Positions 15,771-30,931 of a DNA stretch of 64,000 bases are shown one piece after another. The number at the start of each line of letters is the position of its first letter. Within the stretch, counting starts at the first letter, position 1. The position numbers and the translations under genes were made by a program. Origin of the DNA: Eledone cirrhosa (lineage: Eukaryota); assembly GCA_964016885.1 (NCBI GenBank), contig OZ024741.1, positions 326,802,001-326,866,000 on the forward strand. The letters run 5' to 3'. The notes under the pieces were generated by a model. That model saw nothing but the letters and a program-made list of their open reading frames with translations, was not told where the DNA came from and searched no databases.

Positions 15771-15850
15771 GTTTTTTACACCCGTGGTGAGAAGTTTAAA
15801 AGTGGCAAAATCTGTTGAAATAGGCGAGAAGATTATTTCATCAGATTTTA

Positions 15851-16217
<367 letters not shown>

Positions 16218-16224
16218 CTATCTA

Positions 16225-16260
<36 letters not shown>

Positions 16261-16284
16261 TATATATATATATTTATCTCTCTT

Positions 16285-16315
<31 letters not shown>

Positions 16316-16363
16316 GTGTGTGTGTGTGTTTGTGTGTATGTGTGTGTGTGTGTGTGTGTGTGC

Positions 16364-16980
<617 letters not shown>

Positions 16981-17499
16981 GTCTATTAATATGAGGGTGT
17001 GTATGTGTGTATACGGAGCAGTGTAGGGAAAAATGGAGTCAACATATATAGTCGGCATGTATTAGTTGCTAATGATCAAAAGAAAGCGATAGGAATCTAG
17101 GGGTGTAATAATGGACCGGGTATTAGAGAAATTGGGGAGGTGAGTTGAGTCTAAGAGGGGAATGGGACCCAAGGCGGTGAATCAGACTTTGTTCAGTCCT
17201 GGTACGCGCGTGTGCATAAATCCCTATTGGTTTTAGATAACAGAGAATTGAGGGGTAACGTTGACGTGAGGTGGGATAAGTGACCATATGGAACTGCAAT
17301 CAATAAAGAAGAACTGAGGAAGAAAGGAAGAAGAAGAAACACCAGTTGGAAGTGAAGATCGAGATGAAACTTGATAAAATTGTGGACGTCATGTTTCATA
17401 TTTTATTGGTCGCAAGGATAAAACAAAATTAAGCAAAAGAATGAAAAGCAATGAAAACGAAATATAAATTAAAATTAAAAGTTTAAAGGATGGTTTAAA

Positions 17500-17689
17500 G
17501 GCAGTGGATGGTAGTATCGGTAGAGGGTCTGACGCCATGCTTTGCAGCAAAGAGTTACGGCCCTTTATGGTCTGAGTTCAAATCCCGCCAAGGTTAACTT
17601 TGCCTTTCATGCTTACGGGGTCGATAAAATAAAGTACCAGTAATACAATGGGCTAATTGCTGGCCTTGTGCCAAAAGTAGAAACAATTA
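17500..17689 (+). mobile_element. MetaSINE, near full length
   Basis: A/B boxes, Meta core, tail gctggccttgtgccaaaagtagaaacaatt. Confidence 0.9.
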
Positions 17690-17857
17690 TAATTAAGATT
17701 AGTATAAACCTAGTATATTTACCGTGGACTGGTATGCAGCTACTGTGTACGAGCCTTGTTGTTGAGTTAGTAATATTAATTGATGGTTAACGGTTCGCGC
17801 TTTCGGATGAAAAATCCTTCATCAGACTCTATTGATGTTCGAAAATCCTATATATAT

Positions 17858-18559
17858 ATATCTTTAAGTCGTTTGGAAGCCTCGACAATGCAAATGGGTA
17901 AATCTCCGGGTAACAAGGTCCGGTAGTGGAGAGAGAGATGTAAGTGGGTGTACGTTGAGATGCGTGGTGTGTATAAAATGTGTGAGATGTGTAGAATGAA
18001 GGGAAGAGTATAAAGGATAACATAGAAATAACAACACAAGAGAGAGTTACCTTGGGAGAGATTTAATAGTCCCTATATATTTCGGATTCACATCCATCAA
18101 CTGGGATTTTTTCCGAGGTGGGGGAAAAGGTTGTCTGTCGGACAAGTCCGGAACGAGTCCTTCGCTGTTTGTTGTTTTGAATATCAGATATTCGATATTT
18201 GAATATTTGAATATTCGATATTTGAATATCAGATATTCAAAACAACAAACAGCGAAGGACGCGTTCCGGACTTGTCCGACAGACAACCTTTTCCCCCACC
18301 CCGGAAAACACCCCAGTTAATGGATGTGAATCCGAAATATATAAGGACTATTAAATCTCTCCCAAGGTAACTCTCTCTTGTGTTGTTATTTCTATTTTAT
18401 CCTTTATACTCTTCCCTTGATTCTACATATCTCACACATCTTATACACACCAGGCGTCTCAACGTACACCCACTTACATCTCTCTCTCCACCACCGGACC
18501 TTGTTACCCGGAGATTTACCCATTTGCATTGCCGAGGCTTCCAAACGACTTAAAGATAT
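17858..18559. repeat. About 700-bp fold-back palindrome of a pLTR-like repeat with degenerate HHRs
   Basis: Arms 17858-18185 and 18232-18559 are reverse complements. Each carries GGAT-gtga-ATCC-GAAA-TATA-TA with a mutated first core box. Confidence 0.92.
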
Positions 18560-18609
18560 TTACTTATTGTTCCACAATGCTTCAAGCAAACTTCAATACT
18601 CTCATATAT

Positions 18610-18691
<82 letters not shown>

Positions 18692-18745
18692 ACATATATA
18701 TATATATATAACATAAGATCAAAAGATGGTTAAAAGAGTTCCAAG

Positions 18746-18816
18746 TATTTTATTATGCGCATTTCAAAAACAAATATCATCATGGGATGATATCTGCGTT
18801 CTCATCAGATAAAATA
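18746..18816 (-). ncRNA. Type I hammerhead ribozyme (intact core, 16-bp helix II)
   Basis: TATTTTAT-CTGATGA-gaacgcagatatcatc/ccat/gatgatatttgttttt-GAAA-TGCGCA-TA^-ATAAAATA. Confidence 0.85.
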
Positions 18817-19107
18817 GGGAGACATGATATGAAGCTTAAAAAACACTTGTGAGCAGTGAAGATTTGAACATATGAAAAATAAATTAAGATGGATGTATGA
18901 GATTGGAAAATAATGCGGGGGGGGGGGGGGGGTTAAGGAAGAGAAAGAAATATGAGTAAAGGATGGTGGGGGATGAGTATAAGAAGGAAGGAGGAGAGAT
19001 GGGGAGAAATGGGTGATAGAGAGAGCGAGATAGCCTTTACAACTGAGAAAATATTGTCTCACAGAGAGAAATTAAAAAACCGTTGGCTACAATAAAACTC
19101 ACCTCCT

Positions 19108-19193
<86 letters not shown>

Positions 19194-19286
19194 GTGTTAA
19201 ACAATATTCAATGAGTATGTCAAAGAATGAGTTATACAGTAGATTGGAAGCACTCTACGAAAAAACATTTTCCGGAGTTATTAATG

Positions 19287-19582
19287 TTAAAATATAAATA
19301 TTAATAAAATAGATGTTCTTTTGATCAGTTACATTTGTTTAATACATATTTCGGATGTACAACAGTACGTCCTCATCAGACGAAATATAATGATACATGA
19401 CATACCCTGAGATGTTAAATGGTTAATCTTAATTTACCTTGATTAAATCTTAACCATTTAACATCTCAGGGTATGTCATGTATCATTATATTTTGTCTGA
19501 TGAGGACGTACATCCGAAATATGTATAATAAAATGTAATTGATGGAAAGAACATCTATTTTATTAATATTTATATTTTAATA
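19287..19582. repeat. Fold-back palindrome with two outward-facing HHRs
   Basis: Arms about 19287-19426 and 19450-19582. HHRs at 19329-19391(-) and 19485-19539(+). Confidence 0.9.
19485..19539 (+). ncRNA. Minimal type I hammerhead ribozyme
   Basis: attatattttgt-CTGATGA-GGACgtacATCC-GAAA-TATGTA-TA^-ataaaatgtaat (12-bp helix I including G-U pairs). Confidence 0.75.
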
Positions 19583-19594
19583 ATTTAAAACGAA

Positions 19595-19673
<79 letters not shown>

Positions 19674-20228
19674 GGAGAGAGAGAGAGAGAGAGAGACTGT
19701 GCTTTGTGATGGGTGTTGCGTGTATATATATATATATATATATTATCACACAGAACAGTGGGGGAAACAGACCTCGAGGTAAGGAGGAGGTAAGACAGGA
19801 ATATAAAGAGAGAGACAGAGGGGGGGGGGGAGAAAGTATACTTCCGTAGAGCATCTCAAAAGTAATCTACTTATATGTATTATTGCGTTAACTATACCAT
19901 TCCATCATCCAGTGTGTTCCACGTAAGTTCTCACGTCAATCAGGTTAAAATCTATTTAGCCAGGTACGACTGATGTATTAATATGGATATTTTGTAATCC
20001 TCCGATTCACAGAATATTTTCTCTAAGGTATATATGTGCTGACAGATCACGTCATTTATTATTAGCTTGGTTCTGGTCAGGTCAATTAAATGGGATCATA
20101 TATACAGAAACGATTAACAAATGCCTATAAAAATGTGTTCGTTGCTGAGAAAAAACACACAAATAAAAACAATATATATATATATATATGTATATACGCA
20201 TACACGCACACACACACACATATATATA

Positions 20229-20402
20229 TGATTTCTAGTATAGGAACAAGGCCAGTAATTTGGGAGGGAGGGAAAATTCGATTAAATCGACCACAGTACC
20301 TTACTGGTGCTTTATTTTATCGACCCCGTAAGGGTGAAAGGCAAAGTCAACCTCGGCGGGATTTGAACTCAGATCGTAAAGGGACGTAACTATGCTGGAA
20401 AG
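20229..20402 (-). mobile_element. MetaSINE, 5'-truncated
   Basis: Meta core and B-box on the minus strand. Confidence 0.8.
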
Positions 20403-20496
20403 TTAACCTCCATGTAGATTTGCAGCTTCTCCGAATTGAGACATCACAGCTGCGATACAACGGACATGTTAGAATATCTCAAGAATATCTCAAGAA

Positions 20497-20547
20497 AGAA
20501 GAAGAAGAAGAAGAAGAAGAAGAAGAAGAAGAAGAAGAAGAAGAAGA
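20497..20547. repeat. (GAA)n microsatellite
   Basis: Directly visible. Confidence 0.95.
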
Positions 20548-20688
20548 TTCTCTTTCAAATGACACTTGGAAAGAGAAATCAAGGATGCTCTGCTGGTAGA
20601 TGGGAGACGAAATCCTGTGTCAACTTGCAAATTAGTGCAAAGAAAAGGTGAAGAATAAATCGTTGAAATTGTCAATTATCATTATTAT

Positions 20689-20868
<180 letters not shown>

Positions 20869-20887
20869 ATGTATATATATATATATT

Positions 20888-20921
<34 letters not shown>

Positions 20922-21045
20922 TAGGGGCGATGAATTAGTTTTGCGAGGTTTTTTTTTTTTTTTTTTTTTTTGTGAGTGTGTTCTGTTATTAATTCTGGCA
21001 ATATTACGCAAATATGACCCTCCCCAAATATAACAATATATATAT

Positions 21046-21094
<49 letters not shown>

Positions 21095-21142
21095 TATACA
21101 TATATATATACACATATATATATATACATATATATATATATG

Positions 21143-21233
<91 letters not shown>

Positions 21234-21249
21234 ACATATATATATATAT

Positions 21250-21313
<64 letters not shown>

Positions 21314-21720
21314 GAAAAAGAACACAAGAGCGTCTACAACATCAACAGATTTTCATTGGCTTACAATGTGTCTTCCTTACGTAACCGTAGGATTCGTCAG
21401 AGCTATAAAAGGGGATTGATTGGTGTTATGGACTCTACCAACCAAACATTCAAGAACAAAGAGTTTAGAGAGTAAAGAGCAAAAGCAGGGGACGATAAGT
21501 CTAATTTTGGTGCGGGAGGGTGGGGTGTGGGTCCTTGTTTACTAGCTGTGGTCATATTCATTCCCGGGAGTCGAGTGGTTAGTGGAGCCATAGATGGGGT
21601 GGCGTCGATAGTAGGGTGCAGAGGGTGTGCAGAGGCTACACACACACAAAGGGCATACAATATATATATAACGGAGGAGAATGTACATGAGGTAATTAGA
21701 AATGGAATAAGAGTAATAAT

Positions 21721-21795
21721 AATTGTTTCTACTTTAGGCACAAGGCCAGCAATTACCCAGTGCATTACTGGTACTTTATTTTATCGACCCCGTAA
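21721..21795 (-). mobile_element. MetaSINE 3' fragment
   Basis: Matches the tail of the other copies. Confidence 0.8.
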
Positions 21796-22167
21796 TAATA
21801 ATAATCTATAATTAATAATGTATAATAAGGCATGGGGAACATTACACTATAATAAGGTATAAAAGTGAGAATAAGGTAAAATATAAAGGAGGATAAGAGT
21901 GAAAATAAGAATAAAGATAAAAAAATATATATATAAAAATTATATAGAGAATATATAAACAAATATAAACAAGTATTAGAAGGGAAAAACACAATGTAAA
22001 AAAACCGATTTTGTCAAATAAAAATATTATAAATATGGGGGAGAAAACGGGATAGAGAAATATAATCAAATGTGATTAGTTGAGAGAATATAAGATGATA
22101 ATAGTTATGTCAAGTTTATACATCTTAATAATAAATAATCTGTATATCAGAGTTACACATCCTTCAA

Positions 22168-22223
<56 letters not shown>

Positions 22224-22240
22224 CCCTCCATCTCAACTCA

Positions 22241-22278
22241 CCTATTGAAAAGCAGAAGAACTGCGAAACCGGTAAAGG
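22241..22278 (+). ncRNA. Minimal hammerhead ribozyme, U3-A8 core variant
   Basis: ccta-TTGAAAA-GCAG-aagaa-CTGC-GAAA-CCGG-TA^-aagg. Same family as 53072-53430. Confidence 0.65.
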
Positions 22279-22788
22279 AACCAAATAAATATATATATTT
22301 AAAAAAAAAATAAGACTCCAGTTACATTTTCGATTTCATCTTTTTTTCTTTATACTTTCACTCGTGTAGGACACCTCGGTTATTTTTCAATTTGTAAAAA
22401 AAACCTCAATTTCTAATATATATATACATAGCCAGGCGGGATTCTTTTTTCAAATTGATGCTGTATCTTTCACCGCCACGTTTATCTATAATTCTTCATA
22501 ATGGTTTGTGATATGAGTCAAGTGTCTACAGTATAAAATAGATTCAGAGATACAATTTATCAGAAGAGGAAAGAGCATCATTGATTCTATACATATGGAA
22601 ATAGATGTAGACACGAGGGCACAAGTGTGTGTTTACAAAAATGTAGAAGCACACACACAAATACCCACATGCACGCAAACAACGCACATCGACACATACA
22701 AACACATACAAACACACACACACACACGCGCACACACACACACACGCGCACACACACACAGAGACACACCCATAGACACACAAACACT

Positions 22789-23760
<972 letters not shown>

Positions 23761-23875
23761 AATGAATGACGCGGAGTAATTGAAATAGCAACAGGAAAGG
23801 ACTTTTTAAATTACATTTTCTGAAACGAAAATCTCATTATTGAAGTCTACCTCGTAGTGAATCCCACTACTATAG

Positions 23876-23987
23876 GCTTTCTGAAGAAGTGTAATAAATA
23901 TTTAAGTATTGCATATGATTGAATAATATATATTTTTGTCAGCATACGTTTAACATTTATAATTGACAATGAAACATATGTCAAAGC
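23876..23987 (+). ncRNA. Type I hammerhead ribozyme with 83-nt helix II
   Basis: GCTTT-CTGAAGA-[83-nt imperfect hairpin]-GAAA-CATATG-TC^-AAAGC, followed by aataaa. Confidence 0.65.
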
Positions 23988-24080
23988 AAATAAATTCATA
24001 ACATCTTCACGTCGACGTTTTATTTTTCTTGGTGCAATACTAGCTTGTATAATTATAATATATATATATATATATATATA

Positions 24081-24689
24081 TTTCGTTTCTGAATTTGTTT
24101 AGCAAGATTCTCTATCTGAAAACGTGTGTTGAAACCGATATTGTTATACTTTGGGAGGGTCATGTTGCCAATAAGAAACACACGCACCAGTTGCTTTCAC
24201 TTCAATTTATTATAATAAATTTATAATAAATTTATAAATTTATAAATTTCTGGTTGGTTGGTTCCACAACCAGATAGTTGTTTATATATAGTCATAGTTC
24301 TTTCGTCACACACTCTGTGACCTATTCAGTGATTGGGGATTCCTTTCTTTGTTTCTGTGACTCTCCTTTGTTCTGTCCTACGCCATTTTGTTTCTGTATG
24401 TGTGTTGTGTGCTCAGTCTGCGCATGCGCCACATCCGGGTGTCTGTGTGTGTTTATGTTCATTTATTTATTTGTTTATTTACATGTTACTGGTTGGTTGT
24501 TTGTTCTATGTGTGTGTGTGTTTTCATTTTGTCCTTAATTGTAATATAAACAACTATCTGGTTGTGGAACCAACCAACCAACCAGAAATTTATAAATTTA
24601 TAAATTTATTATAAATTTATTATAATAAATTGAAGTGAAAGCAGCTGGTGCGTGTGTTTCTTATTGGCAACATGACCCTCCCAAAGTAT

Positions 24690-24695
<6 letters not shown>
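24081..24695 (-). mobile_element. Solo pLTR of the 57.9-61 kb PLE family, with inverted partial copy (24545-24695) and HHR at 24291-24333(-)
   Basis: Reverse complement matches 60597-60992 and 42575-42880. Confidence 0.88.
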
Positions 24696-24756
<61 letters not shown>

Positions 24757-24763
<7 letters not shown>

Positions 24764-25421
24764 TGTAGTAAGAAACACAGTAAACCGTGTGTCTAATATT
24801 ACGAGGGTTGAAAGACCACATTTGTTTGAAAAATTTAATCATGAGGCAGACAGAATGATAATATAAAATAAAATTATATTATACAAACCGCCTCAATAAC
24901 AATTATATCTCTCGGACAGATTATGGATAATCTGTTTCGCCCAGAGTGTGTTTGCAACAGATAATACAGGGCATCATCAGCGAGAGAGTCTGATTAAATG
25001 CGACAAACACAATAGTACCAACGTTCACACAGAAAGATGAATTTTTTACCTCGTGCGCCGCAAGTCAAAAGTGGTATGAGTGCATTGGTTAGAAACAACA
25101 GTCCAACACACGCAACTTAATAAGCTCACCTCATGAGGGAGCCGAAATATAAAAGAAAGTTAGAGTTAATAACTCTTACTGAAACCTTGTAATGAATAAG
25201 CTCCAAGCATAAATACTGAGCATTATAATAATAATAATATATATGTAGTAAGAAACACAGTAAACCCTGTGTATAATATTACGAGGGTTGAAAGACCACA
25301 TTTGTTTGAAAAATTTAACCATGAAGCAGACGGAATGATAAAATTAAATTAAATTATATTATATAATTTATATAATTAAATTATATAATTTTATTTTATT
25401 TTATCATTCTGTCTGCTTCAT
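24757..25421 (-). mobile_element. Retrozyme-like non-coding element: 480-bp monomer, about 120-bp terminal redundancy and a short inverted tail
   Basis: 24761-24883 repeats at 25241-25363. One canonical HHR lies inside. No long ORF. Flanked by (TA)n. Confidence 0.7.
24908..24987 (-). ncRNA. Canonical type I hammerhead ribozyme (full helix III, GUC site)
   Basis: TCTCTCG-CTGATGA-t-GCCC-(26 nt)-GGGC-GAAA-CAGATTAT-cc-ATAATCTG-TC^-CGAGAGA. Confidence 0.9.
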
Positions 25422-25456
25422 GTATATATATATATCTATATAATAATATATATATG

Positions 25457-25491
<35 letters not shown>

Positions 25492-25758
25492 CTCTATATA
25501 TATATATATTTATTGTAATATTCATATTTATATTTATGTATGTTTGATATAACTATAAATATGTAGGGTAGTACTAAGTACTAAATGCTTATACCTATTA
25601 AACTTCCAACCAGTGGTGCTTGTAATTGTGTTATTTCAAGCGGAACATATTTTTAACTCCTGAATCTCCACATGATGCCTTTGACACTAATAACAAATAT
25701 GTACCCTAAATGTTATAAATGACTAGGATTCTAGTTACCCGTTTTCGACATTCCTTAT

Positions 25759-25803
25759 GCTCCGATGAACTCAGACTTCCCTCTGGAAGAAACAATTGTC
25801 AGC
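25759..25803 (+). ncRNA. Degenerate minimal HHR
   Basis: gct-CCGATGA-actcagacttccctctggaa-GAAA-CAATTG-TC^-agc (U4 changed to C). Confidence 0.5.
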
Positions 25804-25854
25804 TAATGAATGTTTTAAACTAAAATATGATCGTTTTAACAATTTATATATATA

Positions 25855-26088
25855 TAGTACGGCTGTTACTTAAATATAAGTATGTATACGTACATACATA
25901 TATGTATACAGACGTACAGTAGTATGTATATATATATACATACATGCACATATATATATATATGTACGTATGGATTCACCGAACATTTATTATCATGCTC
26001 GGTGTGTTTGTAAACAAACATCCCGAATTAAGCCGTACAGTGTCTAGCAACCATCGTTGCTAATTTGTTCAACACTGACAAAGGAACG
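25855..26088 (-). mobile_element. Partial copy of the 410-443-bp retrozyme-like family
   Basis: Reverse complement matches 52073-52315. Confidence 0.8.
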
Positions 26089-26694
26089 CAGTATATATAT
26101 ATAATTGGATATATGAGAGGGATGAACATAGATATAAGTATACATGTGTTCTAATTGCAAATGACCAAGTTAGCTAGGTAGGTTGAAAAAAAAACTAATT
26201 TAAAACAATATGGTTTGCCTGACTCGATTTAAAATAATAAATCAATAAAAATAACAAACATATATCGGGTAATAGCCTTTGATACCCGGACAGACCAAAA
26301 TCTGTACGCAATAATTATTAAGTGGAAGCCAGAATTCCTGTGCTCATCTGCAGGTATCCAGGAAAATTCGTACTTTTCACTTCAAAGGATCTAAGAAGAC
26401 AGCACGATATGAGCGCCTAGTGCGTTTCATACTCATACCGCTAAACATAGCAGTTGGGTTTATGAGACTAAGGTTAACTCTACATACGGAGCCGAGAATA
26501 TCATAGATTAGAGTTATAAACTCAAAATAGTCTTTTACAATTAAATAGCTCAAAGAAGGGAATCTTTCCGAGCCGTGTAAGATAATTGGATATACATATA
26601 TATCCAATTATAATACACGGCTAGGAAAGATTCCCTTCTTTGCGCTATTTAATTGTAAAAGATTATTTTGAGTTTATAACTCAACCTCAATCTA

Positions 26695-26733
<39 letters not shown>

Positions 26734-26759
26734 CATATTATCATATATATACATATATA

Positions 26760-26814
<55 letters not shown>

Positions 26815-27016
26815 CGAAGGAAATGTGGTAAGGAACCAGGTGGACCGTAACGCACCGAAGTACTCAATACTTAGGGTAGTAGAGTGGGTAATATATATAT
26901 ATGAACGAGTAGGACCCCGAATATAACAATGTATGTATATATATATATATATATATATTCTGGACAGAATTAGCCGTCGAAACGGCTTGAGCTCAGCCGT
27001 CGGGGTCCTACTCGTT

Positions 27017-27084
<68 letters not shown>

Positions 27085-28818
27085 CATTGTTATATTTGGG
27101 GAGGGTCATGATTTTATAATATTGCCAGAAATAACAACAGAACACACTGACGTTTTGGTTTAGGTTGGTATTCGCTTCCGTGTTTTTTTATATCTCCATA
27201 GTTCATTTATCAGGGCTTTCCTGGTGATTTTCTATGGATGAGACGTCATTTCTATACTATAATAAAAAAAAGTATATATACGTATGTGTATCTCTGTGTG
27301 TGTGTGTGTTTCGTACTGTTGATATTAATAAAGCATTCTTGGTTACTATGGAGGTTTTACTATTCACAGTTGCCTGTTGGATTCAAATACTTATTGATAT
27401 GGGCTTTAACTATAGTAGAACTTGTAACACTACAGCCTGGCACTTACTTTTATTGCTATAATTTCAGAAAGCTATCTACAAAAGAACAGAACAGACAACG
27501 TATAAACATACAGAAAAACAAGAGAACGAATTTAAAATGAATGAATTATGTCTATTCTTCGATATATCGATATAAATCTACATTCTTTTTTTCTCAGGCT
27601 GCCGGAACAAATTTGTTGCGAATTGAATTATTTACTAGAAAAAACATTCATCTCTTTATGTGATTATCTATTTATTTCCCCATCAAATTATTTGCTAATA
27701 ATATACCTTCTAACACTGAAAATCAAAGAGAAATAATCATCTTCAATATGTGTAATGTATTAATGCTATTAAAACAAACAAATATAATAAATATAAAAAG
27801 CCATGCCTGGAAATTGCATAACCTTGCTTTGAAGTATTTTGGCTTCATGTTTTCATAACTTTATCAAAGTCTCTGGTAGAGTTTGAAAATTTATTTAAAT
27901 ATTTGGAATCGAAATATATTAGCATATTGTTGTACACGTTATGTAACGAAAATATTCCTTTGAATTCTGTTATCTCTATATATGATATACACTCTGTGAT
28001 TAGAAAGATTTTCCTTCACCTTTGTTTTCTTTCGATTAGCTTTTACAAGTTGTAACGGGGTTTTGAATTAAAAACTTCGTCATATACTTACTACGACGCA
28101 TTGCAGATCAAAATAACAAAAAGCCGCATTTGCACTATAGACGACCGTATGAAAAAGAAATGTAAAAATGAATACATGTATATATTACACGCACTAAATA
28201 AACATTATTGGTGTAAATGCAATAATTATTGAAGTACACACTTACACAAAAACATATCCATTATACACACACACTCACTCACACACACATATATATATAT
28301 ATGTGTGTGTGTGTGTTTATACATATATATATATATATATATAGATAGAGAGAGAGAGAGAGACGGAGGAGAGAGTGAGAGAGAGAGTGAGAGAGAGAGA
28401 GAAAGAAAGAGAGATAGATAGACAGAGAGAGATCCATATATTTGGCGACATTAAAGTTCCTTGTTTTCCATGTCCGGTGAGTAGAACACATTTCCTTCCC
28501 AAGTCATACTGAATAATGTATATTCTATATTTTCTCATTTTTTTTTTTTATATATGCATTTCTTGTGTCGCTACTTATCTCCTGGAAACAATTTCTTGGG
28601 CGATTTACTGAAAAAATTCTCTCTGAACTTATTCTTACTTTCATGCAGTCATGCTGTTATAAACAAAGGCGTTATTATAAGTTAAGATAAGTTACGAGTT
28701 AGTATCAGCAATGTTTGTACTAAGTATATGCTATTGTACTCGATAGAAATATTTATAGCAAAATGTTAACAGCTATTAATGCAAATGGCCATTTTGAGAA
28801 AGCTCAAAGGAATTTCGA

Positions 28819-28853
<35 letters not shown>

Positions 28854-29639
28854 AAATAAGGATTTTATATTCCTCAGGAATAAAAGATCTAGGAAAAAGA
28901 AGTTTAAAATACAATTGGAGTTTCAAGAAGAATTATAAATATTGCATTTTCAATATACACACATTTATTTTATATGAGACGTAACGTAAAAGGTATTAAA
29001 TTGCATGTGAAATACTCAACCAGTTACATGCTAATTTAGTAAGCAGTGTTATTCATTTGATCGAACCTCGTCATAACTGACAGAGAGCCGTTTGCTTTTG
29101 ATTGGCAGGAACTTCAGCTAATATAATATTTGAAGTTGAATCGAAATTCAAACCTTTTCTCAATATGTTTACGAATGTTTTTGATCTCTAACTGTTAGAG
29201 TATTGATGTATTGATAGAGAGAAACGTATACGGAAGCAGGTAAAATATGAATAAATAAATACCTTGATATTTTTTCCGGCTCACTGCTCTCTGAGTTCTA
29301 ATCCCGCCGAGGTCAACTTTAACTTTTATCCTTTCCGGTTCGACAAAACACCCTCAACCCAGGAACGATAATGGATTGGGGGAATTGTTAATAAATTGGT
29401 ATCTATTCCATGTTTGTGCATCCTAAGATCAAATACCACCTCGTTCTACAAGGAGTTGCGATTTGCAGACAGTAGCAGCAATGAAGAGAACACTAGAAAC
29501 ATCATGTCATTGTTCGAAATGGATGAGGGAAAACTTTTCCTTTCCTTTTAATTATACTTTCGTCAGATTCATATAGATTTTCCCCAGGTACACATATTGC
29601 CATGAAGGAAAACGAAATTTCAGAATGACGGTTGAACTT

Positions 29640-29920
29640 CCGTCGGCTCCGACGACTAATGAGCCTGTAAATTTCATCAATGAAAGAGCATGCTCATTGC
29701 ATTCACGTATGGATGAGTATTCCAATGACACATGTACTCAGAGAGATGCAGCGAGTCAGTTTGTGTGACAAAGCTGGACATTCATATTACAGGTGCAACT
29801 CATTTTTCCCAGTGGAGTAGAGAGAAACAATTTGAAATAAAAATCTATTTCTCAAAGAGAAGGCTTTGCCGAGAATCGAACCTTTAGCGTAGTTAGTCAA
29901 ACATCTTAACAACTAAATTG
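29640..29920 (-). mobile_element. Old CORE-type SINE
   Basis: Reverse complement has ggttcgattctcggc and ttttatttcaaattg..ccactgggaaaaatgagttg. Confidence 0.45.
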
Positions 29921-30179
29921 ATCGACTTCAGAGCTTCAGTATAAATAATCTGAAAAAATTATAGCTGATGTTGAATTTATATTTTCTAGTAAGGAAAAGG
30001 CCTGCAAATTCTGATGAAGACGTTGAAGCACTGTCCTGAAACACGGCGTGCTTTGGGTGTTCTAAACATGGACCATGCCATACTTTTCCAGGTTTTACCT
30101 ATTCCTTCCAGAGGACAAGAAAGAGTGAATAAATAAGAAAATAACTCAGAACTGAACACATTATCATGATCCACCTTAC

Positions 30180-30475
30180 CCAGCAACGTTGCTGGATCGT
30201 GGCCTTTTCAAATTGATACGTTCTCGGCAGTTATCCCTTTCCAAAGAATCCGCCTGTGTCAATACCCGTCTTGACAGATATTCCATGTTATCATTTCAAA
30301 GTTCTCTGGACATTCCAACATGTCTTCTGCCATCTATTTCTACTTTCCATGTTTACTTGACAGCATTCTTAACACTCATCCTGACAACGTGTCCAAACAA
30401 CCTTAATCGCGTTACACGAATCCTCTCGATTATAATATCGACATCTATTTCATTTCTGATATATTCATCTCTAGT
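30180..30475 (-). mobile_element. RTE-clade LINE 3' fragment
   Basis: YIRNEIDV..IERIRVTRLRLFGHVVRM..VEIDGRRHVG, the typical RTE C-terminal RLRWFGHVxR motif. Confidence 0.75.
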
Positions 30476-30859
30476 ATAAAGCGAGAACTGGATTGGTACT
30501 TTATTTCTCGGCATTAAATAGATTAAAGACGAATTTGAACAGAGAGTGTAATATAAAGGAATAAATAGCAAGGCCTTTACCGCAACGCCATATTACCAAT
30601 CGACGATTTGAATTTGTATTTCAAGAACTAAAGTGGAGTTATGAACACATCATCTTATAATCGAAATACGAGATATTGATTTGAATTGATGGAGTAATAT
30701 CGGTCTCTTAACAATGTATATTTATATTAATATAATATACATTGGCATATATATATTAATATAATATACATTGGCATATATATATATATATATATAGCGT
30801 CAAGAGTTCCAGAAAAGTAGGTCAACGAAATAGAGCGCTCTATGAAATACGCAGAGCCA

Positions 30860-30931
<72 letters not shown>

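Noticed and set aside
30005-30055. CTGATGA..GAAACACGGCGTG HHR-like core
   Set aside because: Lacks U16.1 and helix I pairing; at best a decayed remnant
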